Source: the human T2T-CHM13v2.0 reference genome, Homo sapiens. Taken from it: a stretch of 64,000 nucleotides of DNA. Made by a program: the position numbers and the translations under genes. Each line of letters opens with the position of its first letter. Within the stretch, counting starts at the first letter, position 1. The stretch lies in the NCBI RefSeq assembly GCF_009914755.1, contig NC_060935.1; one strand, given 5' to 3'. The notes under the pieces are model-generated. The model worked only from the letters and a program-made list of their open reading frames with translations, ran no database searches and was not told the DNA's origin. Below are positions 29,526-48,120 of the stretch, in pieces.

Positions 29526-29680
29526 ATTAATGCAGAATAAAGTGGTCATTCTATGCAAGTAATTAGGATCATTTGCCATTACTAACACTTTGGGAACAAT
29601 AGTATTTTGGGCCCACTCTGTACCAAACTTCTGAACTAGTTTCATGAGGTTGTTGGTGGCAGCTTCTCGGATGGCGTATA
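29526..29680 (-). CDS. PPP2R1B: PPP2R1B exon 12
   Basis: ctgcag|TA...AAT|gtaagt; 155 nt; [52 protein letters not shown]. Confidence 0.97.
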
Positions 29681-31197
29681 CTGCAGAAGAGGTCAAAAAC
29701 ATGTTCTCATATCGCTTATTGTTTTTTAAGCATAACCTAGTTTACTTACATGAAAATCAAATGTGGACCAAAAGCAAAACCCCTCTGCAATCAGACTCCA
29801 CATGTAATCATGCTGCAATGACAAGCATGCTCAGCTCCAACTCAGTTTCCAAGTGTGCATATCCACAGAAAAGGGATGCAAGGAGCTCACCATATGCATC
29901 ATCAATTATTTAACAAATACAAGTGCCTACTATGTGCTACAAAAAGAACACAGAAGATACTTTCCCTCACAAGAAATATGCTCTTATCAGAGAAATGAAA
30001 GCTAACACACTCCATGAAGTCACATGGTGTAAGAGCAATTAGAATGAAGTGTGGCATTGTGTAGTAAAGGCTGTGAGGGTTGTAGCAGTGCAGAGAAGAG
30101 TGAACAGGGAAGGTCTAGGAAGGCTTCGGCACAGAAAGAAGCCTTGACTGGGCAGTGAAGATTTGGGAGGATCTGTGTAAGTGGAGAGAAGCGGGGAGGA
30201 ATTCCTAGAAAGGGTAAAGACATGTATCCAGGACACAAACAGAAAAAACTGAAACCTGTGAGACTTCTAAGTTAGACAATTAGGGTGGACCCAGACTGCA
30301 GAGCATTATGAAAGACTTAGATTTGATTAGGAAAAACAGTGATGGGTTTTTAAAGCAAACTTGTGACCTGATGACCAATGTGGAATTTTAGCAAGATTAT
30401 TCCAGCAACATCACGGAGAAGCGACGTTGACTGAGAAAGACAACAAGGAAATGGTGTAGAGGCCACTGTGGTCATCTATACAACAGCAAATACAAACATC
30501 AGACTGACTTGCTTCCTCTCCATGAAAATGCTTAGGTTGAAACAAGATGTCAAATGTCTTTGAATCAATGTGCCTGCCTTAACATCTAATAATTCCCTAT
30601 ATCCTTTGATCATTTATCAAAGACATAAAGCTAGATAATAAAGGTCTCAGCTACAATCCTCTCACAATTAGTTGCTATATACAGCACTGAACAAAAACAA
30701 GCCTGGTGTCACTTCACTTTACAGATCCAGTAAGACTCAAAATTTGGGCTCAGATTAACAAATCGAGGGTGGTAGGTACTAATTCCTTATTCTACTTCTC
30801 TCCCCAGGTGGGCCCAACCTTCCTGGGATGATAGGAAGGGCAGGAATAGCTATCCAAGCCACAGTCCCAGTCCTAGGCAATTTATACAAGCCTCCAACCA
30901 AGAAATAGGCAACTTCTTCTATTCATAGATCCTTCTGGGCAATGATGTTGAGAACAAGCAAGACAGCATAGACAAGTGACCCATACAACTGATTATCAAC
31001 ACTTAAACTGACAGTCTACAGGAGAAGCAACCTTTCGGTAAGACTCAGATGCACTAAGGAGCAAACTCAAGTCAACTGTTTTACTGTAATACAGATTCCT
31101 TCCCTTCATATCCATAGTCTTTGTCTTTGGCCCAAACCCTTCCCTGTCCTCCCCACTAAAGAGGAGCTAGCTAGAGTATTTGTGTCTTCTCCTCTAA

Positions 31198-31525
<328 letters not shown>

Positions 31526-32364
31526 TAGATTTTTATCATAATGCCATTACCATAGGAAGGGATCTCTACTGCCAGAAAAACCAGAGACTGGGGAACACAC
31601 ATGCATAGCCTTGACCAAGACCTTAACTGCACTGAACTCTACTTGGCCAGATGCCTACTATGTTCTTGGTTCCTCTGACTGTTTTCAGAAGAATGCAAAC
31701 CATTCCAGAGTTCTGCCTGTTTTCTTTTGTCTATTTCTGTCTCTTTCTCTCTCCCCATCTCCTCTCAAGGCCTGGCTGACCTGCAAGGTTTCTTTGAATG
31801 TCTATCTATGCTCAATAACTGATACCTTCTCCTTTCTCCTATAATAAATAAATAAATTTCCCTTCTACATTCCTCCCTCTGATCAAAACTGTCTACTCAA
31901 CCACAGGAATATAGGTGAGTGATACTTTCTTCCTTATACTTCTCTGGAATTTTCACAATGTTCTTTTAGTAGTTACCTAACTAGGGGAAAAGTTTCAAAA
32001 ACTCTAACTGATCCAGTGATCATTATATAACACTTATCTGAAATGCAAAAGCAAAAAAGCTCCTGTGATTAAGTACAAAACAATTTCAGAGCTGTTATTT
32101 CATTGGTTCATGGAACTCTTGCAGTCCCCACTTCAGCATGCTGCTGCAGTGAAATAAACAAGGGTTTCTCCTGCTCCCAAACTGAAAGAGAAAATCCGAA
32201 AAGAGGAAGGAGTAATCAAGTTGCATAGAGAAGACAATCTTACAGAGAAAGGGTGCCAGGAATTTAATTCTTTGTGGAATATTAGAACTTTAAAAATTCC
32301 TCAAAATAAAACACCATCTTAATCTAAAATGCCAACTTTTAAAGAAAGCATAGAATGACTTGAG

Positions 32365-32808
32365 GCCAACCCAAATGCCCATCAATGACAGACTGGATAA
32401 AGAAAATGTGGCACATATACACCACGGAATACTATGCGGCCATAAAAAAGGAATGAGTTCATGTCCTTTGCAGGGACATGGATGAAGCTAGAAGCCATCA
32501 TTCTCAGCAAATTAACGCGGGAACAGAAAACCAAACAGTACATGTTCTCACTAATAAGTGGGAGTTGAACAATCAGAACACATGAATACAGGGAAGGGAA
32601 CATCACACACTGAGGCCTATCAGGGGGTGAGGGGCGAGGGGAGGGAGAGCATTAGAACAAATACCTAATGCATGTGGGGCTTAAAACCTAGACGACAGGT
32701 TGATAGATGCGGCAAACCACCATGGCACATGTATATCTATGTAACATAACAAACTTGCATGTTCTATGCATGTATCCTAGAACTTAAAGTAAAATAAAAT
32801 TTAAAAAA
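32365..32808 (+). mobile_element. Short 5'-truncated L1PA 3' end
   Basis: caacccaaatgcccatcaatg...ctagaacttaaagtaaaataaaa; degenerate TSD aaagca(t/c)agaatga(c/t)ttg at 32345 and 32806. Confidence 0.92.
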
Positions 32809-34102
32809 GCACAGAATGATTTGCTAGGATGCACCATTCCCAGTAACGTCAAATATTTATCAGATATAACATAAACATTTTTTTTAAAAGTGGTATTTCT
32901 TTCCTATGATTTGCCAAATTTTAATTTTATTTAAAAAGAAATAAATAGGCCACAATAAGATAACTTTAGAGAAGAAAAAGAGAAAGAAGTCTACAATCCA
33001 GTTTGAAAACACTGGAAATACCCACATATATAAGCCCTTATACATTTTCACATATTTTTTCACATCCTTCCTCTTCACACTCTTAACCATATGATCCTCC
33101 ATATGATGCAAACATGCCTTTAACAAAACCACCCACACGTATAAGCAGACACAAATATCCTCATTCCTCCCAAATTTCCAGGCATAAGCACCCATAGATG
33201 AACAAAGAGATACACTAAATACATATATCAAGTATATAAAAGATACTGTGGAACTGACTCAGGTTATCTATTATATCCACCAAAACATGGAAACAAAGCT
33301 CAAGGACAATGTCACATGACCCCATAGGGGCACTCACACTCATCGAAACAGGTCTAAGACAACACTGAAGCTGTCAAGTCTGGACCTGGGATCTGGCAGA
33401 GACGGTACATCTGTCACCCACTGCTGCCTGGCACACAAGGGGATACACACATATACCTCTACCTGAAGCCTCACCAGGAAGTCACTTGCTCATTCCTGCT
33501 GTCCTATCTGACCTGCCCTGAGCTCACCCTCTCCTAGCACTGTAGCAGCAGCAGTGAGAGTACAAGCAGTAAGCCTTCCTTTCACCCAAACCAGAAATCC
33601 AGGCCCTCTCTCTCCCTATGGCAAAGCTAGTGTTTCCCACACCTAAGAATCCTCTACTGTCTCACTGTAGATCTCCTCTTCTATGTCACCTCAAAAAGCC
33701 AAGTAGCCATTTCTCCCACCCAGGCCTTTCATCTGATTCCAATCTCCATACAACCTAGTGTATAGCTGCTGAAGACACCAATTACAGGATGGTCAAAAAG
33801 AGGATCTTCAGATAAGGGAGGAGTAAGTAGATATATAAAAGAGATGGTCTGAAGATAATGTAATAGATTGAGTAAGAAAATAATGCAAATAAATTGTTTA
33901 ATGGAGAAAATAAAATCGAAGATACAAAAAATTGGTAGAAACGTCAAATTTATATTCAGAAGATTAAACTTTAATTAGAGCCTTTCTTCATTCCTACAAT
34001 ATTAAGGCAAAATATCTGGTCAGACTGAGATTCCTTTCTAAAAGGAAATGTATGAAAATCATGGATATATGGGCTTTCAATAATCTGTTTTTATCTACTC
34101 AC

Positions 34103-34163
34103 CATGGTCCACGAGCCAAGCCATACATAAAGAATTCAGCTTTTCATCAAAGAATTCCACACC
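34103..34163 (-). CDS. PPP2R1B: PPP2R1B exon 11
   Basis: ctgtag|GGT...CATG|gtgagt; 61 nt; GVEFFDEKLNSLCMAWLVDH. Confidence 0.95.
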
Positions 34164-34987
34164 CTACAGATACAGAAGATTCCATTAACATACATTGCCA
34201 AAATTCAGAAATAAAGATGGTCTATTTACATTACACCAAGGTTACCTGAAGGCTAAAAAAACTTGTTTCCAAATAAACAAATAAGAGATAGAAACACCAC
34301 AGGAATTACAAACAAACCATAAATCTATTTATTGGACGGAAATCATAAACAAAAAAAAAGCATACGTGAGCTGGCATAGGCCCTGCTAGGTAAAAGAGAA
34401 CAGGGTGGCCAGAAGTCAGCCACAACACTGCAAAAGAGCAGGAAGAATGCACTGTGTATGGTCTGCCAAGCAAATCTGGATTACCTGTAAAAATGAATTA
34501 CCCAGGAAAACACCTGTCAGTAATATTACTAATTCTCAATCGTCTTCCCTTTTTGGTTACTATTATGACAAATCCTTAAGGATAAAGCAACTGACCTCAA
34601 GACATAGAGATATCCCCAGTTAAAGAGAGTATTTTCGAGACAACAGGAGAAAGCCCTGGAGGGAGAATAAAGCAGGCCCAGGACTACAGGGCATATGGCC
34701 CAGGCATGGCTTGCTCTCCCAGCCCTGTTCCTCCCGACTGTCAACAGGTGGCCACTTCAGTGCAGGCTGGGGATGGGCTCCGGGAGCAGATTTACACAGT
34801 CCTCTAACCCCGGGGCTTCCACACCACATGGAGAATGCTGTGACACACTTTCCTAGTGCCTCCCTTCTGGGGTCTACACATTTACAGTCTTGCTTCTTTG
34901 AACTCTAAGAAGTTCCTGACTGGTGATTCTATATTTTAAAAAAAGAGAGGTAATATAATGTGTCAGTGCTTTGAAAATAGTGATTGA

Positions 34988-35293
<306 letters not shown>

Positions 35294-35405
35294 CAAAATT
35301 GCTTTGTACTAAAAGATCATAATGAACAAATTTTGGCATACACTTAGATTACGTCAGCCAAGATTTCTTTTTCATTTCAGGTTGAGAATTTTCCTTCAGT
35401 TTTAA

Positions 35406-35733
<328 letters not shown>

Positions 35734-36515
35734 TATTTTCCGGTTTTTGTAGTTTAACTTTACACTTACTTAACATCGTCCACAAGCCAGGTCATACATA
35801 AAGTCTTGAGAGAATTTTATAAAATGACTATCTGATATAAAAATATTTAGATATGAAGAGAAATTAAGGAGAATATATATACTAACAAGAAGTTAAAATT
35901 GTAAAGCAAAATGTTCATGACTGAGGCATGTCACCCCTGCCAGACAGGTGTAAGTCAGCCAAAGACACCATCTGCCTTGCTTTCACACTGCTCTCTATAG
36001 AGCTAGCAACCCTGGGAAACTTTCCAGGTCTAGAAGGAGCAGAGGTTAAAAGAAATGGTACTAAAATGCACCCTCCCTTCCAGATAGTTTTGGTCTTCAG
36101 CAAATCAGTTAATCACTGCTCCTCTCCACTCTGAAAAGTAGATCCATGACAATCACCAGTGAAGAGAAGATGACCCATAGCACTTGGGAGTGACAGACAA
36201 AAAGGATGACAAAATAACTTCACCTGATCCCATTTGCCATGCACTAATACCTCTGGTATACTTTTCAAAGAATCGGACACTTTCAATTTTATAAAACATA
36301 TAATGCCACAGACATCCACAAATTGCATGTTCATAAACTAAATGTACTAAAATTAAAAATACAAATTCAGGGGTTCAAGACAAGAAAAAATAAATTCCAT
36401 ATGTTGTGACCTGAAAGGAATGGAAGTGGGAGTGAGGAAGGGGAAACAAACTGTAGCGATGTCAATAGTAAACTGACACATCTTTCTCAAAAAATACTCA
36501 ACAATCAACAAATGT

Positions 36516-36640
36516 TGGCTATACACAGTGGCTCATGCCTATTATCAGCTACTCAGGAGGCCGAGGCAGGAGGATCATTTGAGGCCATGAGTTCAAGACC
36601 AGCCTGGGCAACAGCAAGACCCTGCCCCCAAAATAAAAAA
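36516..36640 (+). mobile_element. Alu monomer (FLAM-like)
   Basis: Single arm ending in an A-rich tail. Confidence 0.8.
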
Positions 36641-36928
36641 TGTTAAGTGCCTAATTAATGACGGGCACTATGGTAGGGACTGGAAATAAAATACAGTCCC
36701 TGCCCTAAAAGAGATCACCCATCTCTCCAACTAGACTGTAACAGACAATTACAATACTCTGTAATAAGTGCTACCAACAGAGATGAAGGTACATCAAACT
36801 TAGAACTGTCTAGGCCACCTACTCAAAAAAAGGAAAGGATGTGGCTATAAAACCCAGCTTTGAAATTTTAACTAACATGGTATTAGTTAGGGTAACACTG
36901 ATCACGAAACTCAAACAGTAACAGATAA

Positions 36929-37456
<528 letters not shown>

Positions 37457-37579
37457 TAAACATTTCTTAAGTCACAAAGGCATTAAATATTATAAAATTT
37501 ACATTATATATACCAAGAAACTGATTATTCTATGGCTTTGTTTTTCGGTGGTGATGAGGTGAAATATGTTTCTGTAATA

Positions 37580-37813
37580 CAGATTAAGCATCCCAAATCC
37601 AAAAATCCAAAATGTGAAATGCTCCAAAATCCAAAACTTTTTGAGCACTGATATGATGCTCAAAGGAAATGCTCATTGGAGCATTCTGGACTTTGCATTT
37701 TTGAATTTGGGCTGCTCAACCAGTAAATATTTATAATGCAAATATTCCAAAATCCACTTCTGGTCCCAAACATGCTGGTCCCAAGCGTATTTAGATGAGG
37801 GATACTCAACCTA
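37580..37813. mobile_element. Tigger4a/MER46-like (Zombi) MITE, TcMar-Tigger
   Basis: TA|cagattaagcatccc...gggatactcaaccta|TA: degenerate terminal inverted repeats with TA TSDs; internal aaatgctccaaaatcc motif. Confidence 0.8.
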
Positions 37814-37844
37814 TACCTTTTTGTTAGAAATGTATGCACTAATA

Positions 37845-38138
<294 letters not shown>

Positions 38139-38208
38139 ACGTATGCACTAACAAACATAAAAACCATCCTATAGGTAACAAGAACAAGGCCATACTTTCA
38201 TGCATCTA

Positions 38209-38631
<423 letters not shown>

Positions 38632-38704
38632 TCAAGGAACATAAATGATCTTAATCAGAAATTTCAATTAAAAGTCCGTAATACTAAAGACTACAAGAAA
38701 AGTC

Positions 38705-39268
38705 CGTAAGATGGTAAAGAGCATAATCTCTGGAACTAAATCAGATGCACTCAAATTTCAGATCTGTCATTGTTGAAAGACCTTGCTCAAGTTACTTTAA
38801 CCCTCTATGCCTCAGCTTTCTCATCTGTAAAATGGGATAATTGGCCGGGTGCGGTGGCTCACACCTGTAATCCCAGCACTTTGGGAGGCCGAGACGGGCA
38901 GATCACGAGGTCAGGAGATCGAGACCACAGTGAAACCCCGTCTCTACTAAAAATACAAAAAATTAGCTGGGTGCTGTGGCAGGCGCCTGTAGTCCCAGCT
39001 ACTCAGGAGGCTGAGGCAAGAGAATGGCATCAACTCAGGAGGCGGAGCTTGCAGTGAGCAGAGATTGCGCCACTGCACTCCAGCCTGGGCGACAGAGCAA
39101 GACTCCGTCTCAAAAAACAAAACAAACAAACAAACAAACAAAAAGGGATAATAATAAGACCTACCTCACAGGATTGTTGTGAGAATTGCATGTAAAAATA
39201 CATGCAAAGCACTAAGGCTCATGCTTGCCATGTAGTAATTACTCAGTAAATATTAGGTATCATTATAA
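38705..39268 (+). mobile_element. MIR interrupted by an Alu
   Basis: ctctatgcctcagctttctcatctgtaaaatgggataat...cctacctcacaggattgttgtgagaatt matches the MIR core. Confidence 0.8.
38843..39143 (+). mobile_element. AluY, Yd-lineage-like
   Basis: Y diagnostics plus the 12-bp left-arm deletion (gagaccacagtgaaac at 38921) that I recall as characteristic of AluYd. Confidence 0.85.
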
Positions 39269-39519
39269 TTTTTGATACTATATTTAAACTTAAATAAATG
39301 AAACTTTTTAAACAAAGACACATTAGCTTTAAAGAAACCAGGGAGTATAAAGCAAAAATCAGGTAAAGATGATAAACAGATATTTCTAGGTTTACTCTAA
39401 TGGGTACTTTTGCCCACTTTCTGAGGAACCTATAACCCCATACCCAAAATCACAGGTGTCATTGGTTTAAAATAAGTTATGATTTTTTTATCCATTTTCT
39501 TTTTGGGGGTTCTATTTTA

Positions 39520-39726
<207 letters not shown>

Positions 39727-39793
39727 CTAAAATAAAATCGAAATTAAAAGCCTTTATTACAAGACAACAGAAACTTCCATACCATTATTCTGG

Positions 39794-40398
<605 letters not shown>

Positions 40399-40647
40399 TG
40401 ATTAGTTGATAATGTTTCCTCAGACTACTTGTTAGGTAACATAAACCTATGCACCAAAGAGCAGTTTACAATTACAATGGGCTAATAAGTGATGAATAAC
40501 AATGTTGCACATTAACACATCTTCCCCATTCATTCCCTGTCAACCTTTAAACTCAAAGAGCTTTAAGGTAAACAAACAAACAAAAATAATGAGATTAAGG
40601 TTTACCTTCATATAAAAGAGAGTGAAACAAAATAAAGTCAGGTTTAC

Positions 40648-40718
40648 CTTTATATAAGGCAGAATTTGATTCATAATTATGGTCTCTCTATCTTCAATGG
40701 GCAAGTTCTCACCAAGTT
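40648..40718 (-). CDS. PPP2R1B: PPP2R1B exon 8
   Basis: ttttag|AA...AAG|gtaaac; 71 nt; ELGENLPIEDRETIIMNQILPYIK. Confidence 0.95.
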
Positions 40719-41128
40719 CTAAAAGATAAATAGAAAAAAAGAATGCTTTCACAGGGCCATTTACAAAGAGCCAAATGAGGACATTTAACCAGGTTTATCA
40801 ATAATTTCAATTAAATTATATGTTTAAGCAAATAAGGAAAACAGCTCTTGTTCTAAATAAACTTTTTCGTGAACTCTCTATGCCATTGCATATCACACCA
40901 ATCCAACCTGAAAGGCATTTTTTTTTTTACAAAAACAAGACAAAATGATTTCTTGGTTTTAAATATAAAGAGACTATCTTTAAGTGACAACGTAACATTT
41001 CCACACACTAAAAACATCCCTATGTATTTTAAAAACATATTCTAGAACAAAAAACATGCAAAATTGACTAACAAAAAAATGCACCAAAATGAATGACACA
41101 TGTTCCAACATAAATTGAACTCCTTAAC

Positions 41129-41243
41129 CTTTTACTTTGTGGGCAGCAGCTGCCCGGACTTCAGCTTCACAGTCTTTAAGTAGGTTCTGAAAGGCGGGGA
41201 TGAGGTCATTTAGGGTGATTTTAGGACCCATGGCTTTCTGGAG
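41129..41243 (-). CDS. PPP2R1B: PPP2R1B exon 7
   Basis: ttatag|CTC...AAAG|gttaag; 115 nt; [38 protein letters not shown]. Confidence 0.96.
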
Positions 41244-41443
41244 CTATAAAAGAATTTGAACGGGTTTTAATGTATACTAACAAAAGAATTAACAAGAACA
41301 AAACAAAATTGTGCAATCTGTAAATACATATTTTTGCCACAGCACTTCCCATTGAAAAGAATTAATTCAGAAACTTTGGGTACAACAGCAAATCTATGTG
41401 TTTTCAGGTTTATTTCCTTAGTACTTAAAAATGATCACTTTAC

Positions 41444-41599
41444 CTCTGAAAATCTGTCAGCCACCATATAGCGAACGCGCCAAGATTTATCTTCTGCTGC
41501 TTGTCGAAGTGTAGGCATCACCAAAGTCTCAAGGTCATCCTGAGACAATAACTGGGCAATACTGACACAAGCTTCCACAGCAAGGAGGCGCACTGAATC
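41444..41599 (-). CDS. PPP2R1B: PPP2R1B exon 6
   Basis: ctttag|GAT...GAG|gtaaag; 156 nt; [52 protein letters not shown]. Confidence 0.96.
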
Positions 41600-41622
41600 C
41601 TAAAGGAACAAAATTTCTGTAA

Positions 41623-42450
<828 letters not shown>

Positions 42451-42981
42451 CTATGAGTAAACAGCAAAGTAATTACCTTGGCTAGAATGCAGAGTTTCTA
42501 TAAAGGAAATGAAAATTTTAAAATTAAGTAAAAAAGAAAAAAAAAACATTTTAATGATGCCTTCAAAGCCTTACTATAACAGAAAGTTGAGGGATAAAAA
42601 TGAAAACAATATTTGTACAAGTTATTTATAACAGATTAGGACAAAGGTAAGAGTAAGAGTAAAGGAAATCACTTAGAAAGCTTAGTTTTCAAAAAACTCA
42701 GATCAGGGTCGCAGTAACAGGAGTGTAGGCAGCATAAGATAATGACTTGGAAAGAAATACACAGAACAATTAAAAGTTAGAAATCAAAAACAAAAATCAG
42801 TTGGATTTAAATGTCGAAGATCAAGGACAGAATAACTTTGAGGAAGCTGTGGCTAGAAAAACACAGAAATTAGAAAAGTATGGGATTAATGAACTCAACT
42901 TTCCAAATGTAAACAGCCAATGTCAACGTGACACCTACGTCCTTTGAACAAGTGGAAAATATACAAGACAAATCAGTGAGG

Positions 42982-43506
<525 letters not shown>

Positions 43507-43703
43507 TCAACAATAACTGACTATATGCCAAAGACACACACATTCCTCTGTATGCAGGTGCACAGGCTAAAAAAGACAGGACTAAGTTCTTGGTAGTGAC
43601 TACACAGATATTTTTGAATTTCGAAAATGATGCTAAATCATGGGACTGCTAATCAACTACTGAAATATAAGCTAATACATATTTGTTAAAAAATTACTTC
43701 TCT

Positions 43704-44004
<301 letters not shown>

Positions 44005-44459
44005 TTACTTCTCTTCCAGAACTTCGTTTTCTCTCCTACACCTGTTCCTCTTCCCAGAATTTTCTCTATCTTAACGATGACACCATCATCCACCCAGTTG
44101 CTCAAGCAAAAAATCTAGGAGATCTTGATTCCTCTCCCACTGATCCAATCCAATAATACTAACCTATTGATCCCACTTCCAAACTGACATCCAAATCCTT
44201 TCCATCTTCACTACCACCCTATTAACAACATCATCTCATGCTGAGACTTGAAATGTGGCTGGTACACGTTATTTACACTCAAATAATAAGATTTTGGAAA
44301 ATTTTGGTCGAATACAAATATTGTTAATTTCACCTATTTCTTTTTTCTTATAAAAACATGGCCAGTAGAAAACTTAAAATCAACAGGTAGCTTACATTAT
44401 ATTTCTGTTGTAAAGCACTGTTTTAAACTATAACATTTAGGTAATAAAAGTGCAAAGAA

Positions 44460-44765
<306 letters not shown>

Positions 44766-45224
44766 GTGCAAAGAAAACAAAGGCTGCGCTTACCATAAAA
44801 GTCAGGATAATGTTACTCTTAAGGAAATGGAGTGGCAAGTGGAGGAGGAAAGAGAGATTGTGTTTGAAAGGGAATCCATGGAGGGATTCTGGGATAGTGG
44901 CTGTCAAAGTGATGTCTCCTATCATAGGTGATCGTTAACAAGTTGGTATTACCTTCTAATAGTTCATTAAGTTATACATTCATTTTGTACATTTATTATT
45001 AGAATAAAAATTCTAATAATTTTTAAAATTATTTTCAAAGTAGGATTTAGATCTTTAGATTTAGGATCTGAAAATGAGACTCATTAATATGTGTCCTGGG
45101 GCTTGTGGTCCTGTACACATGAAGCGATCTTAGGGCAGGCAACATGCAAATTAAAAGCCCAAAAGGACTATTCTAGAGTCCAGGAACTCTGGGAGCTGAT
45201 CCTATTAAGCACCATTACAGAGAA

Positions 45225-45475
45225 GCGGGACAGCCTAGCTGTGAAGGGCACAAATTCTGGAGCCAAACCACCTAGATTCAAATTCTGACTCCACTACTGC
45301 TAACTATGCAAACTTCAGCAAGTTACTTAAACTTTCTGTGCCTTTGTTTTCTAATGTGTAAAATGGGCTATCTCATGGGGCTGTTGTAAGGACTGAATTA
45401 CTTAATACACATAACTACTTAAAGGCAGAGAAAAATTAAGTACTTCATTTGGATGTTTGCTAGTTTTATTGTTAT
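45225..45475 (+). mobile_element. MIR
   Basis: ctggagccaaaccacctagattcaaattctgactccac...caagttacttaaactttctgtgcct. Confidence 0.75.
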
Positions 45476-45953
45476 TTCTACACCAAAGAGATCTAGATCT
45501 TCAGAATTGAATACGATTATGTGAAGTAATCCCATACACTACTATAGAAGAAGCAGAGAGTCAAATAGCTTTCCTAACACATTCTAAGCTTATTTATCTG
45601 AAAAGTCAAAAATTCCAGGAAACATTACTCCCTCATATTACAATACAGCCAGCAATTCCCAAAGGTATGTTACCCTCCATGCAGCTTTGGTCTTCCTTTC
45701 TAATTATGGCTCCCATTTCCTCTCTGACTCCCCACTCTTTTAACAGCTGCTAATGTAAGAGAGAAATCATGGTCTGGTTAAGAAAGAAACATAAGAACAT
45801 TGAGATAAGCATGTTACACTTTAACCAGGCCAGAATCAGCACTAATTCTGTAAAAAGAATCCTAACAAGAAAACTAAAACTCCCCAAAGAAATTCTGAAA
45901 ATTTAGAGGAAAGGAGCATATCTGTGTCCCTTAAATACTAAGAGTTAGTTTAC

Positions 45954-46101
45954 CTGTTCATCTGAAGCTAGACTAGTGAACAGTGGAACAATTTCACTTT
46001 TCACACTGTCTAATTCCAAAACTTTTGCAAATTCACCCAATTTGGAAGCAGCAGCACGTCGTACCATTGGTGTGTCATCTGAGCACAAGGAACGGAATTG
46101 C
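45954..46101 (-). CDS. PPP2R1B: PPP2R1B exon 5
   Basis: ttgcag|G...CAG|gtaaac; 148 nt; [49 protein letters not shown]. Confidence 0.97.
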
Positions 46102-46278
46102 CTGCAACATAAAACAATGAAGGTATTTCCCATCAAATAACACTGAATAAACCTGCCCCCCATACACACAGACAGACTTTTAGAGGTTTTATCTTACAAT
46201 AATCAGTGACTAAGCTTCTACTTATAGAAGTAACAAAAATAAAACATATTCAACTGGATAATAAAAAATGACATCATA

Positions 46279-46812
<534 letters not shown>

Positions 46813-46968
46813 GAAAGATGTCATAAATCCTACTATCCTAGTATCAGCCACTCATTGGTAACAAGGTACTATGTAAATTGTCAGCTACAAGTCCCCAGTA
46901 ATCCCAAATAACTCATAGCTTACTACCTGATTTCTGCTTTAACAAGGCAAAAAAATACCATGGCTTAC

Positions 46969-47201
46969 TGTCTGATTTCTGCTTTAACAGCATTTGATGC
47001 CCTGGGATAGCAAACGCTGAACAAACCACATGCAGATGTGCGAGAGGTGAACCAATCCCCACTTGCTAAGCGTTTCACCAGAGGTACAAAATAAGCTTCC
47101 AGAGCAACAGGAGTATGCTCCTGGGAGATCTGTCTCAGGGACTCCACAGCCTTGTCACGAACAACAGTCTCTTCCACAGTTGCCAGATTTTCCAAAGGAG
47201 G
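46969..47201 (-). CDS. PPP2R1B: PPP2R1B exon 4
   Basis: attcag|CCT...CA|gtaagc; 233 nt; [24 protein letters not shown]...NAVKAEIR; HEAT repeats. Confidence 0.97.
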
Positions 47202-47827
47202 CTGAATGGATTAAAAAGGAAAACCAGAGAAGAAAACTTATTGAATCAGGTTAGAAACAGATAATCACCTTTTAAAGTGACTGAAGGGAGGTGGTACACG
47301 TAACCAGAATGTTAGCTGCATCATACCAAATGGTTACTTTCAGCTCACACAGTGATAACATATGGTGCGGCCAACCCAAAGACACGACTTCTGTAGAAAA
47401 GCCAAGATCTCGTGTCCCAGATGGCAATTCCCAGATGGTGTCTACAAATGACACAGTGTAAAAGACTTGACACAATATTAATATTACTGTGAGTTGAATC
47501 ACTAGGTTTAAAAGATACATAGCCAAATTCAGACAGGATCATGTATATTTCCTCAAGAGTAAGTACAAAACTATGACCAATGTTAGGCACCACAAATACA
47601 GGATAACAGCTTGTCAGGTCACTGAGTCCACAGCCTTTTCAGTATCTTTCCACCATTCCCAGAGGTGCAAGCAACCCTTATCCACCATCTCCATCCCATC
47701 CTTTTATCCAACCTATAAAATGCTGAATGCAAAATTGCTTTTTTCAGAACACATTCAGCAACTTTCCATTAGCCATAGGGCAGAAAGGAGTTTCTGACAG
47801 AACAATCAAGTGAAAACTACAGAGACT

Positions 47828-48120
47828 GGCCAGGCACGGTGGCTCACACCTGTAATCCCAGCCGTCGGGAGGCCGAGGTGGGCAGATCACTTGAGGTCAG
47901 GAGCTCGAGACCAGCCTGGCCAACATGGTGGAACCCTGTCTCTACAAAAAATACAAAAATTAGCCAGACATGGTGGCACACGCCTGTAAACCCAGCTTAC
48001 TCAGGAGGCTGAGGCATGAGAATCACTTGAACCCGGGAGGCAGAGGTTGCAGTGAGCCGAGATTGTGCCACTGTACTTGAGCCTGGGTGACAGAGTGAGG
48101 CTCTTGTCTCAAAAAAAAAA
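47828..48120 (+). mobile_element. Alu
   Basis: Full dimer with A tail. Confidence 0.95.

Noticed and set aside
34328-34333. Intronic minus-strand AATAAA before exon 11 as a premature poly(A) site
   Set aside because: The hexamer is frequent by chance in AT-rich introns, and no supporting terminal exon was identified.
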